Source: Octopus bimaculoides
Lineage: Eukaryota
NCBI RefSeq assembly: GCF_001194135.2
Contig: NC_068989.1
Location: forward strand, 39,665,964-39,699,689
Reading direction: 5' to 3'
Length of the DNA stretch: 33,726 nt
Both the position numbers and the translations under genes were made by a program. Below are positions 10,943-22,383 of the stretch, piece by piece (positions within the stretch are counted from its first letter, which is position 1; each line of letters opens with the position of its first letter). The notes beneath the pieces are model-generated. The model was given only the letters and a program-made list of their open reading frames with translations. It searched no databases and was not told where the DNA came from.

Positions 10943-11755
10943 CACCTTAGAAGGTTTTTTAAAGAATGTACTTTATAGACCATTTAATGTTAATTAGAAA
11001 TGTGATTTTCTAAAACAACTTACCTACACTGAATTAATTGTTGACACTACTTATATGATATATATACATATATGATAAATGAGATACACACATACATACA
11101 CATATTGTGAAAATGATGATGAGGACGATGGTGAATTTATTTGCACATTCAAATAATATTTTTCATTTCTTGAGTTCTTTTTTCAATAAAAGTTTTTAAA
11201 TTTCTTATTCAGGAAACAAATTTTGATCTTAGCAAGTGTTTAAATTTTTTTAATATTCTTTATTATTTAATTTACCATTTCAGTTTCCAATCATTTGGAA
11301 AAGAAAAGAAACTACAAAAGGGAGCTAAGACAAAATGCAGTTGTGTTGTTGTTTTTCTTATTATTTATCAACCATAACATGTTTTTGTGCTTAGATAAAC
11401 TATGTTACTTAAATAGACATTTTAATGAAAGTCTAATGATTAATGCTGAGATAAACTTGCAGAGAATCTAAAAGTTCATTCATAGAAGTAATTTTTGGTT
11501 ATTTTCATGTGCTTGTCAAACTCTACTGTGAAAAAGGAAGGCAGTCCCCATAGACCTTTACAAGGCCTCCAACTATATGAGAAGGGGAGGAGGATGGGAG
11601 AGAAGAAGCTATTCTTAAACTGGAGACCTTGTCAGAATGTTTGCCACCAAGTTGGCTCCTTTGCTATAGACACCAGTTACCAGGTGATGGTATTAAACTG
11701 GGCAAGGCAAAGAATATGAGATGAAATATGAATATTAGATTTACAAAAATTATAT

Positions 11756-11920
11756 AGAGACTGTGGAGTAAGAAATTTGCTTCCCAACAACATGGTTCTG
11801 AGGTTCAGTCCCAATGCATGGCACCTTACGCAAGTGTCTGCTATTGCAGCTCCTTGGCTAGCTGAAAGAGTTGTAAGTGGATATGTTAGATGGAAACTGA
11901 AAGAATCCTATTGTGTATCC

Positions 11921-11977
<57 letters not shown>

Positions 11978-12142
11978 GCTAGCTAGCTAGCTATCTATCT
12001 ATCTGTGTGTGTGTGTTTGTTTCTTTATGTTTGTGCCTGTTCCCCACCACCACTGCAGTACAACTGATGTTGATTGTTTATGTCCCTGTAACTTGGCAGT
12101 TTGACCAAAAGTGACTGAGAAAATAAATACCAAGCTGTAAAA
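11756..12142 (+). mobile_element. tRNA/CORE-type SINE, family B (octopus OR-like), with internal (ATCT)n; cut off by gap
   Basis: ggttcagtccca...tggcacctt..gcaagtgtc head/core, ggaaactgaaagaa, and a 3' part gtaacttggcagttt homologous to 29636 and 32285. Confidence 0.8.
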
Positions 12143-12799
12143 NNNNNNNNNNNNNNNNNNNNNNNNNNNNNNNNNNNNNNNNNNNNNNNNNNNNNNNNNN
12201 NNNNNNNNNNNNNNNNNNNNNNNNNNNNNNNNNNNNNNNNNNNNNNNNNNNNNNNNNNNNNNNNNNNNNNNNNNNNNNNNNNNNNNNNNNNNNNNNNNNN
12301 NNNNNNNNNNNNNNNNNNNNNNNNNNNNNNNNNNNNNNNNNNNNNNNNNNNNNNNNNNNNNNNNNNNNNNNNNNNNNNNNNNNNNNNNNNNNNNNNNNNN
12401 NNNNNNNNNNNNNNNNNNNNNNNNNNNNNNNNNNNNNNNNNNNNNNNNNNNNNNNNNNNNNNNNNNNNNNNNNNNNNNNNNNNNNNNNNNNNNNNNNNNN
12501 NNNNNNNNNNNNNNNNNNNNNNNNNNNNNNNNNNNNNNNNNNNNNNNNNNNNNNNNNNNNNNNNNNNNNNNNNNNNNNNNNNNNNNNNNNNNNNNNNNNN
12601 NNNNNNNNNNNNNNNNNNNNNNNNNNNNNNNNNNNNNNNNNNNNNNNNNNNNNNNNNNNNNNNNNNNNNNNNNNNNNNNNNNNNNNNNNNNNNNNNNNNN
12701 NNNNNNNNNNNNNNNNNNNNNNNNNNNNNNNNNNNNNNNNNNNNNNNNNNNNNNNNNNNNNNNNNNNNNNNNNNNNNNNNNNNNNNNNNNNNNNNNNTT

Positions 12800-12835
<36 letters not shown>

Positions 12836-13579
12836 TTCAGTGTCCTGTAAAGAATGCTTATGGAAACAGGATCTCACACTGATCTTGGCAAAATCTGCAA
12901 AAAGAATGAAGCTGAAATTGGAAGTCTGGAAGAAAAGCTAAATTGTGAAGATTACTGGAAATGAGGGGCTTAACATACCTTGGTCACTTTACACACCACT
13001 CTACTAAACTCTTTCTCATCTTCATTTTCTATTCTTTATTTTAATGGGATAATAAAAATAAAATGTATACACACTTATGCAGTACTAATACATTATATGG
13101 AGTAACTCTACATTAAGGAATGGAACATACAATTTCCTGTAATTCAGACCACTTTATGGTCCCAGCAGGCAAAATGGAAAAAGCGTTTCCTTAGAGGATG
13201 GTGAAGGAGATATGCTGGAATAGACACTCTGACTCACAGGGCTCACACTTGTGGATAATCATCTATGTATCGCTAACAGTGAGCAAGGATATAGTCCAGG
13301 AACTGAGAACACTGGAGGTTTCCACTGTCACAGGCTCAGCCATAAACCTGTCAGAGAGTGACTGATACCTTGATAGTTTGCTTTCTTAGCCTGATGAACC
13401 AACATTCAGAGCAGCAGGAAATTTATATTAAATCATTGTCCTATTTTCATCAACAGAAATTGCTTTGGCAGAGTTTCCTATGAAAGAGTAATTTCAGAAC
13501 TCACAAAAACGTATTGGAGATTATGAGGATGATGTGGATTGACTGAGACAGCTACCATCTATCAAGATGAAGCAATCAT

Positions 13580-14805
13580 CATGTATGTATCCTTTTTCTT
13601 TCTTCTTTTTTTTCTTTTTGTGCTGGTTTCTGACAATGAAACAAAGTTTAATTGCAGGTTTTTAAGTAAGAAAATCAATATGTTACATGTTGGACATAAT
13701 AAAAGACATGCATAACTTCACTGTTCCACTTACAGTTTGTATCTGCAAAGGTCCATGATTGCCAGTTTCTTTCCTTGCTTGAAAATCTTGGCTTTTCCAG
13801 GTAGTCACTTAAACATTTTTCTAACATAATGAAGTGCTCCAATGTTTATTGATATAAATGTGAATTTATAAAACAGGATTTAGGAGCAGGAGGTTTTGAA
13901 GTAGTTATCCTCAAATGTTCACCTTCTTGCTAATTTTTGAAGAGATGTTCACATTTGCAGAGCAGCTAAGCTCTATGACTATACATGTTTTTTTTTCTTT
14001 TTCTTTTCTGTTTCAAATGAATATATCAGGCTTATGTTTGCACTTGGGTAGAGGTTTTGATGAGAATGTTCCACCTATATTTCTCTGTGTTGGTTTGCAT
14101 GTTTTTAATAACAGAGGTTTTGTCTATATTCATGTCAGGAAAGTTCTTTCTTATGGAATGTATTGCATATTGTTTTCACAGTAACATCATGTTGCAACAG
14201 GCGGTAGTAACTGTATGTTCAGGGGCATTGTTGATTACATGGAAATGTTTTCTGCAGAATAGTCACATAATCAACATTTACAGTTGCATCATGAGAGTTT
14301 AAGGGCTTTGTTATCTCTTTTATTCATTAGATATTTCACAGTTATTTCCTTTTCTTGAATTGCAAACGCATAACCCTTGAGATGTTACATGATGTATCTG
14401 TCACATGTCCAAGTGAGCCTACACTTCATGTGAATATTATCATTCTCCTCAAGTTCATGGGAAACATATTCATACATAACCTTTTTGAGGTATGCAGTGT
14501 GTTTCTCTTTCGTGTTTTTATTGAGCTAAGTTTGTCACCCACATCTAGGTTCACATAGGAAGGTATCAAAAAGTGAGTGCTTCTGCAGAAGTTAACTAAT
14601 GTCTTGTAGGATGTTATTCACTTCACTTTTGAGAATTTGTTTGATGTATTTATTTTTGCTTCTGTTGTTTAGCAGATGCTGTCTGGGTGATACCATGTGA
14701 TATTCAAAAGCTATCTGTGTTGATCTTAAGTCTCTTTGTCCTTCTTTTCTTCAGAGATAGAGTATGTCAGTATCATTGCTTCTGTGGAGGCTTGCAGCTA
14801 ATGTC
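13580..14805 (-). mobile_element. Degenerate R4-like RLE LINE, copy a (RT thumb, CCHC, RLE, 3' UTR)
   Basis: Minus strand: LHRSNDTDILYL...; HLKGYAFAIQEKEITVKYL; decayed CxxC..H..C; WNILIKTS..HKPDIFI..CIVIELSCSANVN; LQIQTVSGTVKLC; tail abuts atacatacat. Confidence 0.85.
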
Positions 14806-14811
14806 TGAATG

Positions 14812-15385
14812 TTATTTAGTTTATTTCTACGATTTCTTGCTTATGGAGAAAGCCAGTTTCAAACCTAGATTCAAGGCTCCTTGATTGGAATTTCAACATC
14901 AACAAAGTATTTGCACATGTACATGTGTATATGTGCAAGTATTTGAAGTTAGCACATGTGCAAATCTGCATGTTTTGTTTTATGTATGTATACTCATACA
15001 TATAGTTGCATGTATAGACATGTGCTTATATGCTAAAATTTTGGAAAGTCTTACATATTTTGATAGTTCCATTGATGGCTAATATCTTCCAATTAGCTTC
15101 CTTGGTTTTGAGAACCCTAATTTCCCAAGATTGATACTGAGATAGGTGGTTATATATCTTAGCATTCCAATAATTTGTGGTATAAATCTGAACTTGTAAT
15201 CTTGGTAGAGTAGCCATAAATTTCTCAACAACTCAGCATAGGCATTTTCTTTTTTGCTGTTCATTTGTTTTATGGGCAACTGTTTTCCACTACAGGACCT
15301 AGTTTCTCTTCTCAGTCTCAAATCACAACAATGTCTGTTCAAATGTGATTGCATTTTATTGAGGTTTTCGCAGGAACATTCCACC
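14812..15385 (-). mobile_element. R4-like RLE LINE 3' end, copy b
   Basis: KKENAYAELLRNLWLLYQDYKFRFIPQIIG...INGTIKICKTFQNFSI*; UTR shares tgttgatgttgaaattccaat.aaggagcc with copy d. Confidence 0.85.
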
Positions 15386-15419
15386 AGTACTCTTTCAGAT
15401 CATGATTGGTTATGATGAT

Positions 15420-15635
15420 GATGATGATCATCATCATCATTTAACATCTGCTTTCCATGCTAGCATGGGTTGGACGATTTGACTGGGGACTGGCGAACCA
15501 GATGGCTACATCAGACTCCAATCTGATCTGGCAGAGTTTCTGCAGCTGGATGCCCTTCCTAATGCCAACCTCTCCACGAGTGTAGTGGGTGCTTTTTACG
15601 TGCCACCGGCACGAGGGCCAGTCCAGCAGTACTGG
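15420..15635 (-). mobile_element. RTE 3' UTR or RTE-tailed SINE (family C)
   Basis: Near-identical to 7835-8050; (CAT)n tail. Confidence 0.85.
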
Positions 15636-15661
15636 TGTATGTATGTATGTATGTATGTATG

Positions 15662-16400
15662 ATTTTTCTTGTATTTAAGTACTTCTTGAGAGAGTTCAAG
15701 TTGGTTGCTAACAAAGCAACAAGACTTTTTGAGTTAATAGAGTTCCCAGTGTTTGTAAATATGTGGTTGAGTTGATTGTTGGTTGAACTGTTGATGCATA
15801 TACCCAAGTGTGTGTATCCATTCACAGAAGAATCTCACATGGATAATTTTTAGAATGTTTTAGAAATCTTCACTTTACCACTCAGAGATTGGATTTGGAG
15901 AATCCATGTCAGTTTCTTTTGCTCTTTTTGAAACTGAGTATTTCAAGACTTTTGTGCAAATTTGTTGGTACATAACCTAATTCACCTATTATGATAGGTA
16001 CAAACGAGAATTCCTAGTCAGGCTAAAAGAGCTGTAAGTTCCATATCAATTTGCCATAGATGCTCTCTTTTTCCTAGTCTTTTGATTGTACATTCACATC
16101 TGCTGGGTAGCTTACTTCCTCAACAGTGCATGACTTTTGTTTCATGTCCAACAGAACAATATCAGGTGGAGGTTTGGTGGTGTCTTTGTCCCACTTGCTA
16201 ATCAGGTATTTAGCAGCTGTCTCCTGTTTGTGGATAGCAAAGGCATATCCTTCTAGATGAGATGTAATGTATCTATTGCAGGCCAAGGAGAGGCTACTCT
16301 TCCTGTCAATACTGCTGTTGCCTTCTATCTTACATTGCTTTTTGTTGGTGTGATGCCTGCTTCTTCTCTAAACTTCTGCTTAAGTAGGCCAGTCCAGCCT
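15662..16400 (-). mobile_element. R4-like RLE LINE, copy c, internally deleted, flanked by (TATG)n on both sides
   Basis: RYITSHLEGYAFAIHKQE..KYL joined to PDIVLLD..CTVEEVSYPADVN..FSFVPIIIGELG..LQIQSLSGKVKISKTF. Confidence 0.88.
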
Positions 16401-16402
16401 CC

Positions 16403-16636
16403 TATGTATGTATGTATGTATGTATGTATGTATGTATGTATGTATGTACGTACGTATGTATGTACGTATGTATGTATGTATGTATGTATGTATGTATGTC
16501 ATTATTCAATTTATTTCAAGATTTCTTGTCAATAGGCTCCTTCATTGGAATTTCAACATCAACAGGGTATTTTTGTTTGTATGTATGTATGTATGTATGT
16601 ATATATGTAACGTATGTATATATATTTGTATGTATG
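16403..16636. repeat. (TATG)n array interrupted by copy d
   Basis: Direct reading. Confidence 0.95.
16499..16575 (-). mobile_element. ~75-bp extreme 3' tip of the R4-like LINE (copy d) inside (TATG)n
   Basis: ggctccttcattggaatttcaacatcaaca matches 14875-14904; caagaaatc..gaaataaa end motif. Confidence 0.75.
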
Positions 16637-17229
16637 CAGGGGTACCTTGTTTTTATTCTCCCTATTCAAATTAATTGGTAAGGGACATAACTCTCTACAG
16701 TTACCTCACCACTACTACCACCACCATCACCAACAACAATACCACTATCACCACCACTAGCGTTAATCCTGTAATATAACATCAATATTTCCGCTCTTAT
16801 GTATCCATTTCCCAGATAATACGTCAAACATATTTGTCACTCACTGATATTTTTATCTCCCCCCTTTACTCATTCTAGTCTTTCTTCATGAAACCTTATC
16901 TGTTGTCTGTAATATCTCCAAGGTAAACAAACTACCTGTTGCTATTTATTAACCCGTTATACCACACCAGGAAATCGGTGTCCTTAGTAACATAAGCAGA
17001 ACATGCACATACACATGCTTAGACAAGTTGAAGAGAAGTTTTCTATGCGGTCGTTTGCTCCTGTGTTAGAAATAGCAGTTATACCTTCTTCACCTTACCG
17101 TCTTAAGAACATAAGGTATTATATATAATAGTACTTGAATCATCATATAGGAAAAGGGTTATACTTGGAAGGCTTTTAATTAATTAAAAAATCTCTGACA
17201 AAGGACTCGTTAACAACTTATGTACAAAT

Positions 17230-17760
17230 TAACACACTGTCTGTTACCTACACACAACCACCTCTCTCTCTCTCTCTTCATACACACTCTCTTAGCTTCT
17301 GTTTCGATTACTGAAAGACATTTTAATTGCAAAGTTGTGTAAATTAAGAAACGCCGATAAAACGACTCCCTTTAATAATAATAATGGTCAAAGGTAAAAG
17401 ACTCAGAATTCGTTTTGATAAATGAGCTTATATTTTTTCAAAGGTATGTTCATCTTTCAATAATATACTTTGAAATAACAAAATATTTCACTATTAAACC
17501 CCTTTCACTCTGAAGGTGTGGTTTGCCTCAGAAAAATAAGTGATTTTCGATAGTTTTGACGATTAGATTCGTTCAAAACACATTTTAAAAACTTATAGAA
17601 TTCACCTTGACTGGTATAATATTAAAAATTTACCAAAGAATTTTTTTAACGAAAAGAACAAACAAAAAAAAAAAAACCCAAAAGGGTGTGGTTTGACAAA
17701 GTGTTAGATTTATTTCGGTGCATTTGACATTCAGTCAAATATATAAAAACACCTAAATAT
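17230..17760. promoter_or_regulatory. Possible promoter-like, relatively CpG-rich unique segment
   Basis: Several CpGs; ggtgtggtttg at 17515 and 17685; tatataaaaa at 17740; no recognisable transposon. Confidence 0.25.
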
Positions 17761-17864
17761 ACGTGTGCGTGTATGTATGTATGTATATCTATTTACGTGC
17801 ATATGTGTAGGTGTTTCTATAGATATAGGGGTGTAACTATAAATGTATGTGTGTGTGTATACGT

Positions 17865-17983
17865 TTATGTATTTATTTTGCAAGATTCCTATTGTGAAAT
17901 CGTGTGTGGAAACAGATATTGTTATATTTGGGGATGGTTATTTTCTTTTTTGTTTTCTTTTCCCAATAAACACACACTAGGAT
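17865..17983. mobile_element. Fragment of the dispersed repeat also found at 29885-30072 (Penelope-LTR-like)
   Basis: tatttattttgcaagattc...tcgtgtgt...tgggga shared. Confidence 0.6.
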
Positions 17984-18455
17984 CCGGTCACAAAAATGGG
18001 GAGGGGGGAATAGTGTAAAAGGTGTAAAATAATGTGTAGTAGAAGAATATGAAAAAAGAACAAAACGCGTACTGACGAACGGGTATGGTGGGGAGAGGAC
18101 TCCCTCCTCGTTCGTCGGCACCAAATTCTTTTCATATTCGTTTACTACATATTATTTTACACCTATTGCACTTATTATTTTTTGTTTTTTGGTGGTCAGC
18201 TGTCAATGTTGGGTTACCGGATCGTGTGAATTTTCCAACTCCTGTCTCCACACCCCCGTTCGTCTGCACGCATTCTTTCTTCATATTCGTTTACTACTCA
18301 TTATTTTACATCTATTACACTATCATTTTTGTGACCGGGTGTAAAAGTTGGGTTATCGGGTCGTGTGAATTTTCCGAGTCTTCTCCCCACCTTCTTGCTC
18401 GTCAGCGCACATTTCATTTGTCTCATTCGTCTACTACACATTATTTAAAGCCTAA
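17984..18455. repeat. Foldback array: one inverted unit followed by three direct ~140-150-bp units
   Basis: 17984-18102 is the reverse complement of the units starting near 18107, 18256 and 18396. Confidence 0.9.
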
Positions 18456-18480
18456 ATCACTATTTTTTTTTTTTTATGTA

Positions 18481-18613
18481 CTGTTGGCTTCTTTCAGTTT
18501 TTCAGTTTTCACCTACCAAATCCACACTTGCCCAATGTACCAATCAGTGAAATTGAACCCAGAACCATGTGGTCGGGAAGCAAGCTTCTTGCTACATAGA
18601 CACGCCTGCACCT
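18481..18613 (-). mobile_element. SINE family B, internally deleted
   Basis: Minus strand: aggtgcaggcgtg..caagaagcttgcttcccgaccacatggttctgggttcaat..ttgggcaagtgt. Confidence 0.8.
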
Positions 18614-18973
18614 AAAATAATGATTAAAAAAAAACCCTCTCAGCTATGAAATCAGTCAAAAATAGGAATACGAATTTCAATGAATTCTTTGTTACTGCTT
18701 CACATTTGTAGCTTCATCAAAGCATGGCACTTTCTTGTTGATTAGGATGTATTGGTCTGCCTGTAGATTCTGGTGATTCTTAGAATTTGCCATGATGGAT
18801 AAAATGAAATGAATCCAGATTTATATAAGAATAACACAACAAATTGAAACCAGGGCATATTTTTTGATGATAATCACTTAACCTTTTAACTGTCTAAAAC
18901 ATCTTCATATGTTTGTTCCAAATGTCCATGCTTATTTTCCGACTATTACTTAGCCCTTGTTTCATATGTTCTC

Positions 18974-19310
18974 ATCATTATCATCATCATCTTCATCATC
19001 ATTGTTTAACGTCTGCCTCCCATGCTGGCATGGGTTGGATGGTTTGACAGGAACTGACCAGCTAGGAGACTACATCAGGCTACTGTGTCTTTTGTTATGG
19101 ATTTTATGGCTAGTTGCCTTTTCTAACACCAACCACCTCATAGAGTGGACTGGGTGCTTTTTACGTGGCATCAGCATGGGTGAGGTCAGTTTTGGCAGGT
19201 TTTTTACAGTTTGTTGCCTTTCTAAATGTTAACCACTTCACAGTGTGGACTGGATGCTTTTTTCATAGCACCAGAACCAGCAGGGTCACCAAGTAACTAG
19301 CAAGACAAGG
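18974..19310 (-). mobile_element. RTE-tailed repeat (family C) with duplicated core
   Basis: gtttaacgtctgcctccatgctggcatgggttggatgg; two aaccac...gtggactgg.tgcttttt units. Confidence 0.8.
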
Positions 19311-19319
19311 AATTTTTGA

Positions 19320-19616
19320 GAGGGGACAGGACATTGGGGGAAGTGATCTTGTATTAGATGATGAAAAGTTAGAGTGTGACAGAGACAGAGGCAGAAACAG
19401 GTGTTCTTGCTATAGAGGAGGTATATGGTTACCTGGCCAGAGAGAGAGAGAAAGAGAAAGAGAGAGTTGAGGGTGGGACAGGAAGAAAGAGAAAGAGAGA
19501 GAGAGTTGAGGGAGGAACAGGAAGTGAGAGAGGGGTAACAAGAAAGAGGACAGAAACAAGTGTGCTGCTCTAAAGAAGATACTTGATATCCTAACCAGAG
19601 GGAAGAGCAAAGGAAG

Positions 19617-19648
<32 letters not shown>

Positions 19649-19890
19649 TAGAGAGAGAGAGAGTGAGAGAGAGTGATCAAGGATGAGTGCAGAAAGAGAT
19701 GTGCTGCTGTAGAGGAGATACCTGGTTATCCAGCCAGAGGGAAGTGCAAGGGAAAAAGAGTGAGAGAGAAAGAGAGTGGGAGACAGCAAGAGTGAAAAGG
19801 AGAGAACAAGAGAGGGATGGTGATGAAGTGCTAGGGTATACTCACAAGGAAAAGGGTTTGGAGCATAGATGGGATGATAGAGCAAGGAAT
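19320..19890. repeat. GA-rich low-complexity tract with three degenerate ~140-160-bp units
   Basis: gtg..(c/t)tgct.ta(g/a)ag..g...cc.g.ccagag motif near 19402, 19560 and 19700. Confidence 0.7.
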
Positions 19891-19914
19891 ATAAAGCTTT
19901 CCTTTCGTAAGTTC

Positions 19915-20490
19915 TAAGTTACTCTGGTGGGTGATGTCTTGCAAACAACTTGCACATGCAAGTGCTACCAGTCGAGAACTCCGCATATCAGAAGCCAGCA
20001 AGTGTATGGGGTCATCAGGAGAGAATGCGCGCCGTTTCGGGGCCTACCTCTCGACGGCATCAATGTGCACCGGCCCCACTCACTGATATGAGGCCCCGCT
20101 TGCCAGATCAACTGGTTATTAAAAAAGCTCAATATTTCTCTAGCCATCGCTCATCGTCTCTTTTTAACCAAATCCAGTGGCTAGCCTTCTCCACTGTATT
20201 TTGGATATCAGTCATGGTAGTATTTACTTTATGATGAGTTATACCTAACAATAACAGCAGTCGTCTCACACTGTGTCCTACAAACCCTCTACATCCAACT
20301 TCGATTGGAAAATGCTCCGCTTTCCAGCCTGCGTCTTCACATTTCTCGAGGAGGTTTACATAATGGCCAATCTTTCGAGCCCGCGCAGCGTCCATATTAT
20401 CTTCATGAGGAACCGTTAACTCGACTAGATTTACAACTTTCCTTCTTTCACACCACATTAAAATGTCTGGTTTTTCCGTAACTGGGATGG
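19915..20490 (-). mobile_element. HERO-clade RLE LINE 3' end, well preserved and 5'-truncated
   Basis: FPIPVTEKPDILMWCERRKVVNLVELTVPHEDN..ARKIGHY..FPIEVGCRGFVG..EKASHWIWLKR; frame open, CpGs retained. Confidence 0.88.
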
Positions 20491-21310
20491 GAAAGAATGC
20501 CTGGAAATGTGTATTATAGATGATGCATGGGCACCAGGGAAATAAATCTCATGTATCACATCTGATACCTGAGATGTATTTCTTTGGCATCCATGCAAAT
20601 GGTTAAAGGTTAATATAGTTCTTGGTTGTATTTAAGAGAATAAGGTTATTTTCTAAGAGTTAGTCAAGAATTTTATTCTGAGACACAATTTTGATAAAAT
20701 ATATACTCTACCTCTTTGATGCACCTCCTGAAACGCCATCTTGTAACCCCAAAAGTTATGGACATCTCAAATCTTTTCTCTGTGTGGTTGCTAAATAAAT
20801 AAAGAACACATTTGATAATGAAATCCTTGACATACTTCTCGAAAAATAGGGTGGCTGCAACTGGAATTCAGGGAATAATACAAGTGACTTTTCATCACAT
20901 GGGGAGAAGAGAAGACTTGTGTGTTAAGTTGACCTGTCACCTGAGAGGAAAATCATTTTTCTACTACTACCAGTTTCCTTAGAATTTTTCTTTTTTTATA
21001 TGTCATTATAGGTTTGTGTGTGTGTGTGTGTGTGTATGTGTGTGTGTGTGTATATATGTGTGTGTTGTCATGAGTCTGTACCTATGTTGAAGCATGTTTA
21101 TTTGCATGTATAGACTGATATTTATGGGTGAAGTTTCGAATTAGATACCTCATAGCTTATAGAAAAGGACAAGGTCAAAAGGTTATAGAAATAGCAGTCA
21201 GAGTGCAAAGATGTATAAAGTTGAAGCTTTTTAAAAGATATTTTTTTTCCAGAATTGTAATTTTTGTTCTATGAATAGAAATACTAAATATATATACACT
21301 GTTGTAGGAA

Positions 21311-21355
<45 letters not shown>

Positions 21356-21920
21356 ATGACTTAATAGATTTGTTGCTGTTTAGTTACGTATTTAGGAGTT
21401 GATTGTAATTTACTTCTTAAATTTATTTACCGATATAGTTGTACATAGGGTAAATGTGTTTCAGAGTTGTTTTTTTCTTTGGTTTGCTTGTTTCCAAACA
21501 GCACTTATTTCAGTGCTGTTGACACAGCCGGATTGAATGGTACTGTCCAGGTGTCGAAACCATAATGATATCCGTGGGACAGCTGAGGTATGTTGGATTG
21601 TTGGTATGGCTGTGGAATAATATTATAACACATCATTTTGATATACACACACATGCGCATGCACACACATACACACACACACGCACGTGTGCACACATAT
21701 ATATTTAAGAAAATGCAATATTTATCCACTTTGAATAAAGTACACAAAGGAAAGTCTGAAAGTGAATCGAATACTTAATCTATAATCATTAGTCTTATTA
21801 ATCATATATTGGAGTAAGAATTATGGATTAAATATTTGATATATTAATATATATATATATATGTGTGTGCATGAAGTTGAAGCTAACATTTTCCTTTCAC
21901 ATGAGATATGAGGTACTTAA

Positions 21921-22143
21921 CCCTTTTGATAGCAACCCAGCTGAAACTGCCACTGGCTCTGTATTACAAATGTCTTGTTTTCAAAAAGTTCTGAATTAAA
22001 ATTTTCCACTAAACCTTAGTCACAATTTATGTTCCTAATATTAGCTCAATGATAACTAAGTTATTTTATTAAATTCTTTGTTATATTTAAAATTAATTGA
22101 AAGAACCACAGAGTATCTCAGCAGAAATATGGTAACAAAAGGG
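21921..22143. mobile_element. piggyBac-type MITE, second family
   Basis: TTAA|cccttttgatagc...ggtaacaaaaggg|TTAA (TTAA at 21917-21920 and 22144-22147). Confidence 0.85.
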
Positions 22144-22383
22144 TTAATGTGAAAATCAACCCGTTTATGTTTATTAAAACTCACAGTTTTATTTCTCTTC
22201 TTTTACTCAAGCTTTAAAATTTCAAATTAAATGTATAACAACTTTTTATGATTTAACATACTTTCATTTGTTCATTTCTAAGTGGTATTTCAACAATTTT
22301 ATATAGATTTCTTCAAAAATTTAATTTTTATTATTCTATCCATTTAGTTTACAAAACCTTGACCTTTACATCTCCCACCAAAA

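Noticed and set aside
11999-12877. 292-aa ORF
   Set aside because: Almost entirely N gap plus (TTTC)n.
12841-12965. Apparent exon after ttttcag and ORF METGSHTDLG...
   Set aside because: The pyrimidine tract is a (TTTC)n microsatellite and there is no good donor. Another frame (CLWKQDLTLILAKS..KLEVWKKS) looks more like decayed RTE RT; too weak to call.
15616-16398. 12-bp direct repeat ggccagtccagc as TSD of LINE copy c
   Set aside because: The left copy continues into its own repeat consensus, so it does not fit a TSD; probably microhomology or chance.
16257-16681. MYVC-repeat ORFs
   Set aside because: (TATG)n translations.
18692-18793. Minus-strand 33-aa ORF MANSKNHQ... with good ATG context
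   Set aside because: Short, with no convincing splice sites or recognisable motif.
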